A stretch of 64,000 nt of DNA from Ramazzottius varieornatus (GCA_001949185.1 BDGG01000002.1:6004448-6068447), one strand, 5' to 3'. Counted from the first letter of the stretch, positions 48,001 through 59,220 are shown. Program-made: numbers and translations. Notes: generated by a model not told the origin, from the letters alone.

Positions 48001-50549
48001 ATGTGACTGCACATTACTGTATTTTTCTGCATGTATTTCAACCGACCGCGGACACAGTCGCGGACACGGCCACGCCTAGTCGGACACCTTTGACGTCACC
48101 CGATAGTATCCACTGGTTCGACGGATGATTTACGCGGTGAATTATCGAAGACACAGATCGGGTTTGCACAATTAAGTACGGCCCAGCTCTCGCTGTCAGA
48201 CCACCAACCAACATTTTTGTGATTCCTAAAACGCGTTCCGAATGTTAGTCGAACACCAGTTCTCCGGTTTATTAAGGTAGAAGTTGGATGGTCAAGACAG
48301 ATTTTCTGTTGCAACTTGCATTGTGGCAGCTCGTACGCGACGACTGCTTAAATCTGGATATTAGGCGGCGTAAATCACCCGTCGAACGCTGGCCAAAACA
48401 GAAATTTCGAGCGAAGTAATCAAGCCAAGATTAGGCTTTGTAATCAACTGAAGACCGGCAATGATAACCTCGTTATTTGAACGCCGCCCCTTTTAGCTTC
48501 TGTCCATAGTCCGCTCATTCCACCGGGAGTCAGTTGTTCGATCGCCGGCGGCGACGGGACTCCGGATGGACTTCTTCAGTAGAATATTCCGCACAACGAG
48601 TTACGCCGAGGTCCGTATGGGTTCTGCACGCTATTTGGTACTGCTTCTTCTCCCAACAAAAGTGTCACGCGAGCCATGGTCGTTACCATAGATCTCTCTA
48701 AACATGTGGCGGAGCTACCGGAGGAACGGAAACTTCTCGATTTCCGTGCGCTTTTAGTTAGACAGCTGTATTGATAGTGCGCCTCATCCGGTATGATCCA
48801 GCCGGCTACGAACGATGAAGTGCAACCCGTGGAGGAACCGTCTCCAGCGAGTTTGTCTGCTGATGACAACGATCTTCGGGTATGCCCGTTCAGGACGAAT
48901 GCCAGAAATTATATGGTGGAGGATATGGTGAGAATCAAGCTTACCGGGAATGGTGCTCTATGTTATTCCAGCAAGGAAGGAAGCTACTAGGACGAAGCTC
49001 CAGCCTGGAAGCCAGATGGGAGAAAACTGGAGTGAGAAAGATTTGCACCCAAGGTAAAAGATGGCAGGTAAATCTACAACCCTCCTTTGTTGATACAGTC
49101 CTACCTGTGAGATGTGACAATTGCTTCTTCTGCAACCGAACAGCGTTTCTTCGCGAGACTACTGGCCATGCACTGCGCAGCATCATCAGCTGATCGACGT
49201 CCAGTTATGGCTTGACTTGATCAAGTAATCAAACGCGTGTCTGATCGGCTGCTCGGTCTCATGCGAGCAGCATAGCGAGCAGCCCCGTGGACACACGTAC
49301 CGTCCGGAACTGAAATCGGGCGTTTGAACTGTCACTTCTTGCAGGTAGGACTGTATCAGTCTGGTTTTGTGTTTTACGCGATTTGTGATAATGATGGATT
49401 TCGACCGTCCGCCCGAAGACGAGGGCGCATCAACGCCATGTCTAGGCCAGACCCGGCAATGGTGGGAAAACGACCACCCTAAACGGCTCTGATATACGAG
49501 TCCAAATGGAGACCGAAGAGCGATACAAACATCGCGAGCGGGTGGACTGTAATTACATTTCAAGTATCTTCCTTCAGCCTCCAAAACTTGTGCTACTTCA
49601 TACACCACTGAACAGATGACTTCCAAGCTTCTGTCAGCTACTCCAAGCTTAAGACGATGCGAGAATTGATTCGATGCACTCGCGGCCGAAATCAATAGCA
49701 GTGAAGTGTGGCACAAAATCAATCAGACAAACGGCGGTTTTATTGATATACGCTATATCGTTTCCCATCCTAGATTGGTTTGCTAGCCGAGGCCTGAATT
49801 TAACGCTGTGCTTTCTTGTAGCGATTATCCACATGCTAAAGTTCCTTACCCCTCCAGAAAACGCACTTCCGGTGACGGACCAAATACTGTAAGGTTCTTG
49901 AACGGGTTTGTGGAATGATCTGCCTTATCCTGACAAAACTAAAATGATGCTTCGCAGATCAATCTGGCGTTTCTTCGATCCTGAACTGTCGACTAGGGAG
50001 CAGTGCACGAAGGAGCAGCTTTCTTTCCTTGAAACGTTCGAAGCACGAGAAACCATCCGAACGTTAACTAAGAATAATCGAGTTTTGGAAACGAAGGTGG
50101 ATAGCCGTCAAAAATATAAATCTGGCTCAAACGGACTGTAGTTCTGCTGCTCATTGCTTATAGATACGAATGGAGAAGGATGGAATCAGTCATCTACTCC
50201 AGCTGAGTCGCAGCCACCTGGCGAAACAACGATTAGACGCCCCGTCCACCCACGTCGGCGGACTTCCAGGTCTTCCAGCAGGAGTAACAAACTCACCAGC
50301 CGCTGTTCTCGCCCCACCAGTGATTATGATCGTGCCTGACGCCGTCGTTGAGTATGCGCCAGAGGAAGCAAGAGTTGAACAGGGGGCGATCACGACCACC
50401 AAAATCGTCGGCCTAGATAATCTTGATGACAGCTCCTTTCTTAACTGGCTTATGATGCCCAGCCCTGGTGAATGTTCGCGTGAATCAAGCAGTAATTGAA
50501 GTTTTCTTTACTTGTCATGTATGTGCAATATTGAAGTAGTGTTTACATG

Positions 50550-52472
50550 TCAGGAAAACAAGGCAAGTTGTAAAAGAGGAACAACCTGAATGTTAAATAT
50601 ATCAGACAGAACGACACCGACGTCTCGACAAGTGCTACATTTCAATAAAACTTTTCCTCTGGAAATGAAAATGCCCAAAGATAAAAGTGTCAGAATCCGA
50701 AGATCGTTGTAGCCTATTATACGATCCCAAAGTAAAAGGAGCTGATCTATTTCCATATATCCCGAGAACGCCATTATGATCCAAGGCATGACATGGGCGC
50801 CAGGATGGAAGCCCAATGTGACCCGAAGATGTTCCCATATCAGTGGCTCTTTCGCATACAGCAGGTTCTCGAACAACCTGTATAAGGACAGGATGCTCTG
50901 GGGATGTGTTGATATTTCATGCAGGAGGTGGAAATAGCGTCTGTAGAGTTCTCGAAACATGAAGTATGCTGGCGACGTTTGAAGGCAAACGTAAGCCAGC
51001 GGAGCTACGTACATTGGGAACTCGTGAAACGGAAGTGACATCTGATGGAACTCTTCCGGCTTCCTGGACCAAGGGGTGTCTTTTTCAGGATCCGCAGTCC
51101 GTCTTATATTGTCTCGCAGAAATATAAGTAAAACTTGCTGCGTCTGCGAGACGAAGTTGAAAAACTGGTCGGAGTTCCCCACACTTTCGGACACTGAAAA
51201 GAAGCTCATCCAGTCGGAGAAGGATTCGTACCTCAAAAATGAACGGAAGAGGTCTTGATATTCGCGCTTCTCGTGAGTTTTGTCGCGCAAGAGCAGACTC
51301 CAGGTGGGTGCCCGCAAGTTTGCGGTACAGCCGAGCCGGCAAAGTCTCGTCACTTGCAGAATATCGCGACGTCGCAGACTTCTGAGCAAAGGCCTTTCCT
51401 TCTTGGTCGTTAGAGACTTGTAGTCCTTCTCGAAATAACTGACTTGATAGTTGTTATACATTGGCGAAAGCTCCGCAAAAACTTCCCTCATACTATCTCC
51501 CGTCGTATTTCGGGAAGTGGCGGTGGAGAGCCAAAAATCGGCAGGAAGTGCAATCTCCTCTTTTGATCTCCATTCTCGCGGGAAAGGAAACTCCAGCAGG
51601 CAATCGACAAAATTTTCTAGAGTAACCACAGGTCCAATATCCTTCAGTTGTTTTCTGAAGGGCGTGAGATCGTCTAAAGTATCCCATTTGGTCCACATCG
51701 AATGGCAGTCCTCTTCGGATCGAGGTTTCCATAAAACACAATCTTCCCTATTCGACAGTAAAGTTTGGAACGCTTTCCTGGTTTTCCTTTCCCACCGTAT
51801 TCGAAAAAGCGACACGTCGTTCATATACTGTGCAGACCACTCAGCACAGTTTCGCAGTTGATATCTTTCCAAATACAACCGAGAAAACTCCTGACAGCAA
51901 CGTCGAAGCAGATATCGCTTCCGCTTCCAACATGAGGCTATGCTTCCGACCCTGCGCAGTCTTGGAAAAAGATCAGAGGTCCTCCTTGCCGGACGTCTCA
52001 TCCATGGTCGGATAACTTCCGGGTGAGACTTGCGAAACCTAAGGACAAGAGACTCCACCCTCGTCGGCAGTCGAATTACTTTATGGTATCTGTCATCGCT
52101 GGATCCACGAGGGGTGGCGGTGGGTTGTGAAGCTTTGTTCCTTTGTGGGTCTCTGTCAGGTTGTCGTGCCAGTGTCGCTGTCCGTGGGACTTTCGGTGTA
52201 GACGACGGAGCGCCATGCTTTAACAGCGGTTGTACTTTTCTAGCACTCTTTATAGTGGCAGAAAATCCAGACGAATTCCTAATAGAGTCTATGCTAGTCG
52301 AAGGACGCTCTGGCTTTTCGTACGCGTTCAAGATTCTCTCGGACAACGGGTCTCGAGTGCGCCCTACATCTCGCTTAAGCTGCGGAATTACACAGTGATA
52401 CATTATTTTAAAATAAGATGTCGGGTAACAATTACCGCGCAACAGACCGGGTGTCATGAACCACTTATACAC
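50550..52472 (-). CDS. TBC1D19: TBC1 domain family member 19-like, single long ORF
   Basis: LPFHEFPMYVAPL, FRELYRRYFHLLHEISTHPQSILSL, WIIMAFSGYMEIDQLLLLWDRIIGYNDL, VVPLLQLALF. Confidence 0.88.
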   Translation of the reverse strand: MYKWFMTPGLLRGNCYPTSYFKIMYHCVIPQLKRDVGRTRDPLSERILNAYEKPERPSTSIDSIRNSSGFSATIKSARKVQPLLKHGAPSSTPKVPRTATLARQPDRDPQRNKASQPTATPRGSSDDRYHKVIRLPTRVESLVLRFRKSHPEVIRPWMRRPARRTSDLFPRLRRVGSIASCWKRKRYLLRRCCQEFSRLYLERYQLRNCAEWSAQYMNDVSLFRIRWERKTRKAFQTLLSNREDCVLWKPRSEEDCHSMWTKWDTLDDLTPFRKQLKDIGPVVTLENFVDCLLEFPFPREWRSKEEIALPADFWLSTATSRNTTGDSMREVFAELSPMYNNYQVSYFEKDYKSLTTKKERPLLRSLRRRDILQVTRLCRLGCTANLRAPTWSLLLRDKTHEKREYQDLFRSFLRYESFSDWMSFFSVSESVGNSDQFFNFVSQTQQVLLIFLRDNIRRTADPEKDTPWSRKPEEFHQMSLPFHEFPMYVAPLAYVCLQTSPAYFMFRELYRRYFHLLHEISTHPQSILSLYRLFENLLYAKEPLIWEHLRVTLGFHPGAHVMPWIIMAFSGYMEIDQLLLLWDRIIGYNDLRILTLLSLGIFISRGKVLLKCSTCRDVGVVLSDIFNIQVVPLLQLALFS

Positions 52473-52730
52473 GTTTACTCGGAAAACCTCCTTGTATCAA
52501 AATATCCGAAGCTAAATCTGGAGCTCTTGTTATCAGCGATAGATCATAGTAGTTCGAGACCCTCACAAGAAAAGAAGCTCAGGAACCCTAACCGAGTGAA
52601 AGCTTGAAGAAACGGGGCAACTTTCACAAAACTCGTGACTAGTCGCGAACGGAAGATCACCCTCAAGAAAGAACTGATCAAAACCATAGGAAAGTTCCCA
52701 CAGAACGTCGTGTCCTGTAAGACTCGTACT

Positions 52731-53749
52731 TCACGCCAGTTCAGCAGCTTTCGGAAGCCTGCCTACACGCACCTTTGGCTTGAAGTCTTTCGGTAGGAAC
52801 TCATCCTTCTTGGTCTCCAATCCAATGAGCATCTTCTTGTAGGCGTCCGTGATCGCGTGCTTGGTGATCCCAGTGTTCATTTGTACAATCTCCTGGAAAG
52901 TTATCGCCTTCTCACCAGACATCGCTTTGACAACCACGACTGCAGCAGCGCCGATCAGGTCAGGACCGGAGCTCGGGAAGAGGTCGCTCTTAGTCGCAGC
53001 TTCAGCCAAGTGCTTTCCGACCTTGATGGCTTCCTTGTCCAGCCCGAAAGCCGACCCGTAACGATCGACGAAGTCCTTCTCGCGCACTTGAGCCATCGTA
53101 TCAGGCAGCTTGCAGTACTTCATGACTTCTTTGTAGCATTTCGCCACTTGCTTCCGTGTGCTCTGTGAAGTTCCGCAGATCTCTTCCAGCGACTGAGGGA
53201 TCTGTCTCTGTCGGCAAGCGATGTACAGGCAGCAGATGCCCAATGCGTCCTTCCGCGAACCTGAAAGACCACAAACATGTTGCACAAAACTTACACGTAC
53301 GGTACTACTTGACGAGAGCAAGAGATACCTGCGAATGTCTTCTTGTCCGTCACTTCCTTATAGATTTCGATGGCTGTTTCGATGACGCTTGGGGGAAGGT
53401 GGGCGCGATCTGCAACATTCTCGATATCCTTGCAAGCTGCTTTGAAAGCTCGTTCTTTGGGAGAAGTCGTGGACTTGAGATACTTTGTTCCATTGCTGCC
53501 CAAAGGCGTCGGTCCAATCATCGTACTCAGATCGCTTCCGTCGTGGAACATATCCTCGGCTTTCCCGACTCTAGAGTTGTCGACACCATCACCAAAGTTT
53601 CGCCACTCGCTACCAGGATCGACGAGACGATCGCCCACAACAAGTCCGCATTGGGAACAGACCAGGTTACCGGATGCATAGTCGTCTATCATCCTGGCAT
53701 CCGGATGGGACTTGCAGCACACTCGGTCCATAAAAAGCTTGTCCGACAT
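52731..53749 (-). CDS. GTF2B: Transcription initiation factor IIB-like (divergent); intron 53261-53328
   Basis: Zn ribbon CKSHP..LVCSQCGLVVGDR, B-reader SEWRNF..SRVG, cyclin repeats CLYIACRQ. Confidence 0.9.
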
Positions 53750-54391
53750 TCTCTAAAACTGAAACGTCCTTGTTAGTCCTTACTTTACTTAGAGAAAAAT
53801 TGCTCTCTACCACCGTTTACACTTACCAGTAATTCCAACCTCGGTATAATCACGAAAGAAGCTTAGTCAGTCGGAGCAGCTTGGGCCTTGGATCTAGAGA
53901 ACGTCGGGCCAAAATGCACTTCAGGCTCTTTAACACAAGCGAAACGAGAAACGCCAGAATTAAGATTTACTCAGAGCACCTTCTACCAAGGGATCACATG
54001 AATCTCATTTGGAACGAGGGAAAGTAAACTTTATGAACTTGCAGAACTGAAAGCAGGACAAGGTTCTGCAAACAGGAGTGCAGACTGCGGGATTTGCAAA
54101 ATCCGGATCCGATCGCATTTGAAAGACTCTGATTCTCTAAAGTCTGAACGGCGGTCTCCTTTGCATACTGTTGCGTGACGTCATCAGACTGTGCGCCGGC
54201 ACCGTGGGTCCACAACCGTGAGTTGGTAAACTGCTTGGTGCACCTGCATACCCGTCGTGCAGTTTCTCTGTTTAAATTAGGCGTGTACGTGCGTGTCGAT
54301 GCCCATGCACGTTTGCAACTGGTCGACGCGCCTGACGTCACAATATTACTTTTGTTTACGTTTTTGAGCTTCGTCAATTTCTTAAAACTTT

Positions 54392-54599
54392 TGCGAGAGC
54401 TCCACTCAAAAGGCTGGCCTTCCAGAGGAGCTTTAGAATGAGTTGTAGACCGCTTGAGTCATCGTAGAAAGCTGTTCAGGCATTCTGAAGCCCTTAAATT
54501 GGGGCAAACTATGGCAAGCCTGAGCTTATGGCGGAAGATTAGATAGAAATTTCTTGGCACCGAAAGTGGTGTCTACCATTAGTCATCCGTTGTACGTAC
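54392..54599 (+). repeat. 208-bp dispersed repeat, copy 2
   Basis: Reverse complement of 16946-17153. Patchy homology continues 54640-54865 versus 16420-16600. Confidence 0.9.
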
Positions 54600-55251
54600 G
54601 CGATTGGACCACATATAAGCTATAGCATATACGCCACGTGAGCATCGCCAGCGACTGCCAGAACCTGGTACAGCAGCCAACCTGGTACACTAGCGGCCAG
54701 CTAACACTGGTTTTTTCCCAGCGGCCGACTCATCAAAACCAATGGTCAATTGAGCAACACCAATGGTTAGCCACCAGTGGTCAATCTAGCAAGACCAATG
54801 GTCAACTTTTGGTAGTCAACCTAGTGACAGTAACAAGACCCACGGTAATACCCTGTTGATCGTGCAGTGCCGTAAAGTAGTACTATCAACAGTGTTATCA
54901 TTTCCGTATTAATCAATACGCCAACATCTTGGAATGCTTAGTACAGAATTGACCAAATCCGAAATCACGACTCATGACTCATCAAAAACTTGGTAAAATT
55001 CCTCAAAAAAATCGGGGAATCATCCTGAGCAAAGGATCGTGCTGTCTGGAGCTCGAGCTTCCTCTAATGAGTTTGCGATTCAGAGTCCCTTTGGGTATCT
55101 TTCCTTGAGCTGAGGCAAGGATGTGGTTGAGTTGGGCCCTGACTCTTCCGTTTTGATTCATTATCGGATCATCGAAAATTTATTACCTGGAGAGTTCGCA
55201 GGTCAAATAGGAAGCAGGGTATCATCCGGAGTCCAACTCTCTACGAGCAAG

Positions 55252-56186
55252 ATGAGTGTTGTCGGTCTATCCAGACATACCTCCATGTTCATCAGAAGAT
55301 CCGCTCCCCTGACCAAGGGAAGCACCATGCAACCTCAGCGGACTGCGATGTTTGCCTTTCTAGATCAAGTATGGAACAGGTATTGACCATATCTCATGGC
55401 TCTGCTCATAAGCGATAAAGTCCCGCTTACGTGACGGACCTATACATGTGGTACTGCCAGTCTGCCATTCTGATTGGCCCACATGTTTGCTGGATTCTTT
55501 CAGGGTTGATCGAGATAGAATCAAGGAAATTGGTCCGGAGAAAGCAGCGGCGGAATGGCTGATAAAAAACGGAGCTGCTGTCCGCTGGAAGAATCAGGCA
55601 AAGTTTGTTTCGGACTACAATTCCATGGAAGTCACAACCAGACCTGGCGACACCATTGAAGGTACCGTTGAAGATGTGGACGATGGATATGCAATTTAGT
55701 AACATCAAAAACAGAATGATTCAGTTGGTGCAGGCTTTAATATTGTCGTTGTTCTAAGCGATCGACGCGACTGAGGCATCCATCATGGGTGAAGGATTCG
55801 AATATCTGCGTAAGCTAGAGTTTTGCTAATGCCGATTACGCATAGATCTTACGCTCGCTTGATTTCCGATTGCGAACCGTGCTGAATTTTTTTATATGTC
55901 TGCAGAAGGCCTCAGCTCGTTAAGAATGATAAGGTTCAACAAGACACATCACATCAGCGACGGGGCATTGAGGAAGCTAAGCTATGTTAAAGATACCCTC
56001 GAAGAGGTGGAGGTAATGCATTGTGGAAATGTGACGGATGCTGGAGTGAAGTCCTTGGGTCAATTGCCCAAACTGAAAAATGTGATGCTGGCCGATTTGA
56101 TCGGAGTCAAGAACTTGGAGCAATGCGCACATAGCATCAAGTCGGATTTGCCGGAATGTGAGGTGCAGGTTCGTCCTACCACGTGA
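55252..56186 (+). CDS. ATP5S: ATP synthase subunit s / factor B (DMAC2L)-like LRR protein, 4 exons
   Basis: QVWNR|VDRDRIKEIGPEKAAAEWLIKNGA; AIDATEASIMGEGF; CGNVTDAGV. Confidence 0.88.
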
Positions 56187-57253
56187 TGGGAAGAACAATC
56201 ATTCCACCCGAGCATATCCTCAAAATAGCTAAGTACACCGCTTAGCAGCCCGGTTCTTCACTTTTCTTGGCAGATACGATTTTGATACCTCATTTATCTC
56301 GATAACGTCTTATTCCTGTGTGCTTATTCTTCTATCTGCAAGATATCGCCTCTTTGTTTAACTGCAAGATTGAAGATTTGACATAGGAGATTGGCGATAC
56401 GAGGATGTTTAGTTCAATTAAGCAAGTTAGCCGTGCTCGTACATGCTGATAATTACTGTATCTGTACAGAGCCGCTTTCGGTTATTGGGGATATGGACGT
56501 GTCCGAACGGTCAATTTACCCCACATACGGTGCAGGACTTCCGGCAGACCCAAGAACCACGTGTAGTGAGTCCGAAATAGCGCTCAACAATGCGACAACG
56601 TAATTTGCCTTCCAAACAAGATTTAAATTAAAACGAACTACAAATTTTTGCATCGTGTTTCGCTTTCGACAATGTGGACTTTGAAAAGTTTAACAGACCC
56701 GGAAGTAGATACTGCGCGTTTCTATCTCCCCGAATACGAAAGGGACGGCCTAGAAAGTGTTCGTACCTGCATCACAAGTTACGTGGTCCGCAGTCTTCGA
56801 ACCGGACGATCCAGTACATCGTAGAAACAGAGATGACGCAACACTTGCTTGAGGGTGGTATCATCACTAGACTGGATCGTCATTCAGCATACGAGTGTTT
56901 TTACTATAGCGCGATTACGCTAGTTTCTTCGGTCTTTAAAACTTTCTCAGCGCCAGCGCAGCATCAGGAGAACCCGAACTTTCAGTAGTAGCTGGAGCGT
57001 TCTGGTTTTCTGTGTGCTTTTTATCCTGCGGACACCGTTAGTGCTAAACCAGCCCACCTCACTCTGCGCAACAGTCTGCAAGTAAGCAAGCTTGAAGCTC
57101 TGGGCATATATGCGGCGGCTGTGACTTTTGAGGCCCACTTTTCACAGCACGTGTTTGTAGGCAATGGACATCCATAAGACTCAGCAAGGTTAGCTCTTCG
57201 ATTGGGATTCTGAGTAACGAACAGCGGCTTCCGTCTGGAGCGAGCTTTCAGCC

Positions 57254-59033
57254 ATGCATGCATACCAGCAACGCGGATATTCCTTGTTATCCCACCTCAC
57301 CGGAGTGCAGATATGGACACAGAAGACGCACGCCCGCGCTTTCTCGTGGTCGAGCTTGACCAACGTATTCTCGAAAGGCACAGACGGAAAGCCAAGAAAG
57401 CGGCTAGTGATTCTGGGCACTGGGTGGGGAAGTTACAGTGTACTGCAGAACGTCAACCGGAAGTTGTATGACATCACTGTCATCAGTCCGAGAAACCATT
57501 TCCTCTTCACACCTCTTCTTGCAAGCACGACGGTCGGAACTCTGGGTACACCCTCCATCTGAATGTGTACTTCCATTGTGTGTCATTACGTGAGGAGGTG
57601 AAGTATGTGGCTAACATGTTTGCTCGTAGAGTTTCGCTCGATCATCGACCCAGTTCGCAACGCAGGTGAGTTACCGGCATACAAATCTGTCAAACCTACG
57701 TGATTGATATGATAGACTTTAAGCTTAACCCGAAAGTCACTGCAGGTTTTCGGGAGAACGATGACTTCTTCCTCTCGTACGCCACAAAGGTGGACTTTGC
57801 CCAAAAAATGGTGGAAATGCGCAGCAATGACGAAGCAAAGACCATCGCCAGAGTGTCATACGATCGACTGGTCATCGGTGTGGGTGCCCTGACCAACACA
57901 TTCCACGTTCCAGGTGCTGATCAACATGCATTTTTTCTTAAGGTCGAGATTCAAATTTATCTCGCAAAATTAACCAGTCTAACCTTCTGACTTATCGCCT
58001 AATAGGAAATTCAAGATGCGAGAAGCATAAGGAACCAGATTTTGAGTAACTTCGAGTCGGCTCTCCAACCCGGACTGACACAAGACGAACGCGAGCGCCT
58101 GCTACACTTCGTCATAGTCGGCGGGGGACCTACTGGTGTCGAGTTCGGGGCGGAGGTATATGATTTTGTGCGGACCGACGTTGCGCGGCTGTACCCGAAG
58201 GACGTGAAGATGACCAAAGTTACCTTAGTGGAGGCTCAGCATATTCTTCAATCTTTTGACAAAAATCTGCAGAGCTACGCAGAAAAGAAGATCAAGGAGC
58301 GATCGAACTTCAACTTAATCCAAGACTCGGTTATCGAAGTTACCAAGCGGTCTGTCAGATTGAAATCGGGGCAAGTGATTCCTTGTGGGTTGGTGGTGTG
58401 GAGTACGGGACTGGCGCCGAGGGACTTTACAAGAGAAATGAACGCTCAAAAAACCAAGCAAGGTAACTCTTGTCGTCCTGTAATTAACTTGGTGTTCTCC
58501 CGCTGTATAGTGACTGTATACAGTAATCTGCGATGACTTTACCCACGGTTCTTTCTTGGTTGCTTTTAGGCCAGTTGCTTGTGAGCAAAAGACTGCAGCT
58601 AATTTCCGACCCGGACCCCAAAGGATCTGTCTTCAGTTTGGGCGATTGCGCCTACATTCCGGAGGGACCTCTGCCTTGTACTGCGCAAGTGGCCGAACGG
58701 GAAGGTCGTTATCTGGCTAAACTGCTGAATAACGACGATATTCGACACTCGGAACCATTTACTTTCAAAAGCATGGGTAAGTTGTACTAGAGGGAAACGA
58801 TGCGCGAAGAACCCGGAAGTTGAGTTTTCGGTTACTTTGTAGGTATGCTGGCATATGTCGGAGGCTACAAAGCTGTAACGGATATGCCAGAGTTCAAGAT
58901 TCATGGTGTGACTTCGTGGGTTCTCTGGAGATCGGCTTACCTTACTCGTCTAGGATCGCTTCGACTGCGCCTCCAGGTTCCTTTCGACTGGTTCAAAACG
59001 TTTTTCTTTGGTCGCGATACATCTAAGCTTTGA
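57254..59033 (+). CDS. NDH2: Type II (alternative, rotenone-insensitive) NADH dehydrogenase, multi-exon
   Basis: [82 protein letters not shown]. Confidence 0.93.
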
Positions 59034-59190
59034 GAGGTTTTGGTAGATTCTATTCCGCTAACACTCGAGAAACTTCCACGTATAATGACACTAATCACTT
59101 TGAATAAGTAAAGAACTGCGGAATCCGGGAAATGCGAACCAAAGTTAGTACCAAACGGCAACGTTGGTATACTGGGCAGCCCATTGCACG

Positions 59191-59220
59191 ATACGACATG
59201 ACATGAGATGACATGACACG
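59191..59220. repeat. Degenerate (GACAT)n microsatellite
   Basis: atacgacatgacatgagatgacatgacacg. Confidence 0.6.

Larger units (their letters stand above)
37328..48115. mobile_element. 10.8-kb composite hAT-superfamily transposon
   Basis: TIRs begin CAGTGGATACTATCGGG (first 37 bp identical, ~110 bp homologous). Perfect 8-bp TSD GTTCGACG at 37320-37327 and 48116-48123. Central hAT transposase remnant. Confidence 0.95.
37316..48391. mobile_element. Older ~280-bp hAT-type MITE whose left TIR was split by the large element
   Basis: The reconstructed empty site CAGCGTTCGACGGATGATTTACGC (37316-37327 + 48124-48135) is the reverse complement of 48368-48391 with 1 mismatch. Flanks ggctaaac/gccaaaac match 6/8. 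Confidence 0.7.
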
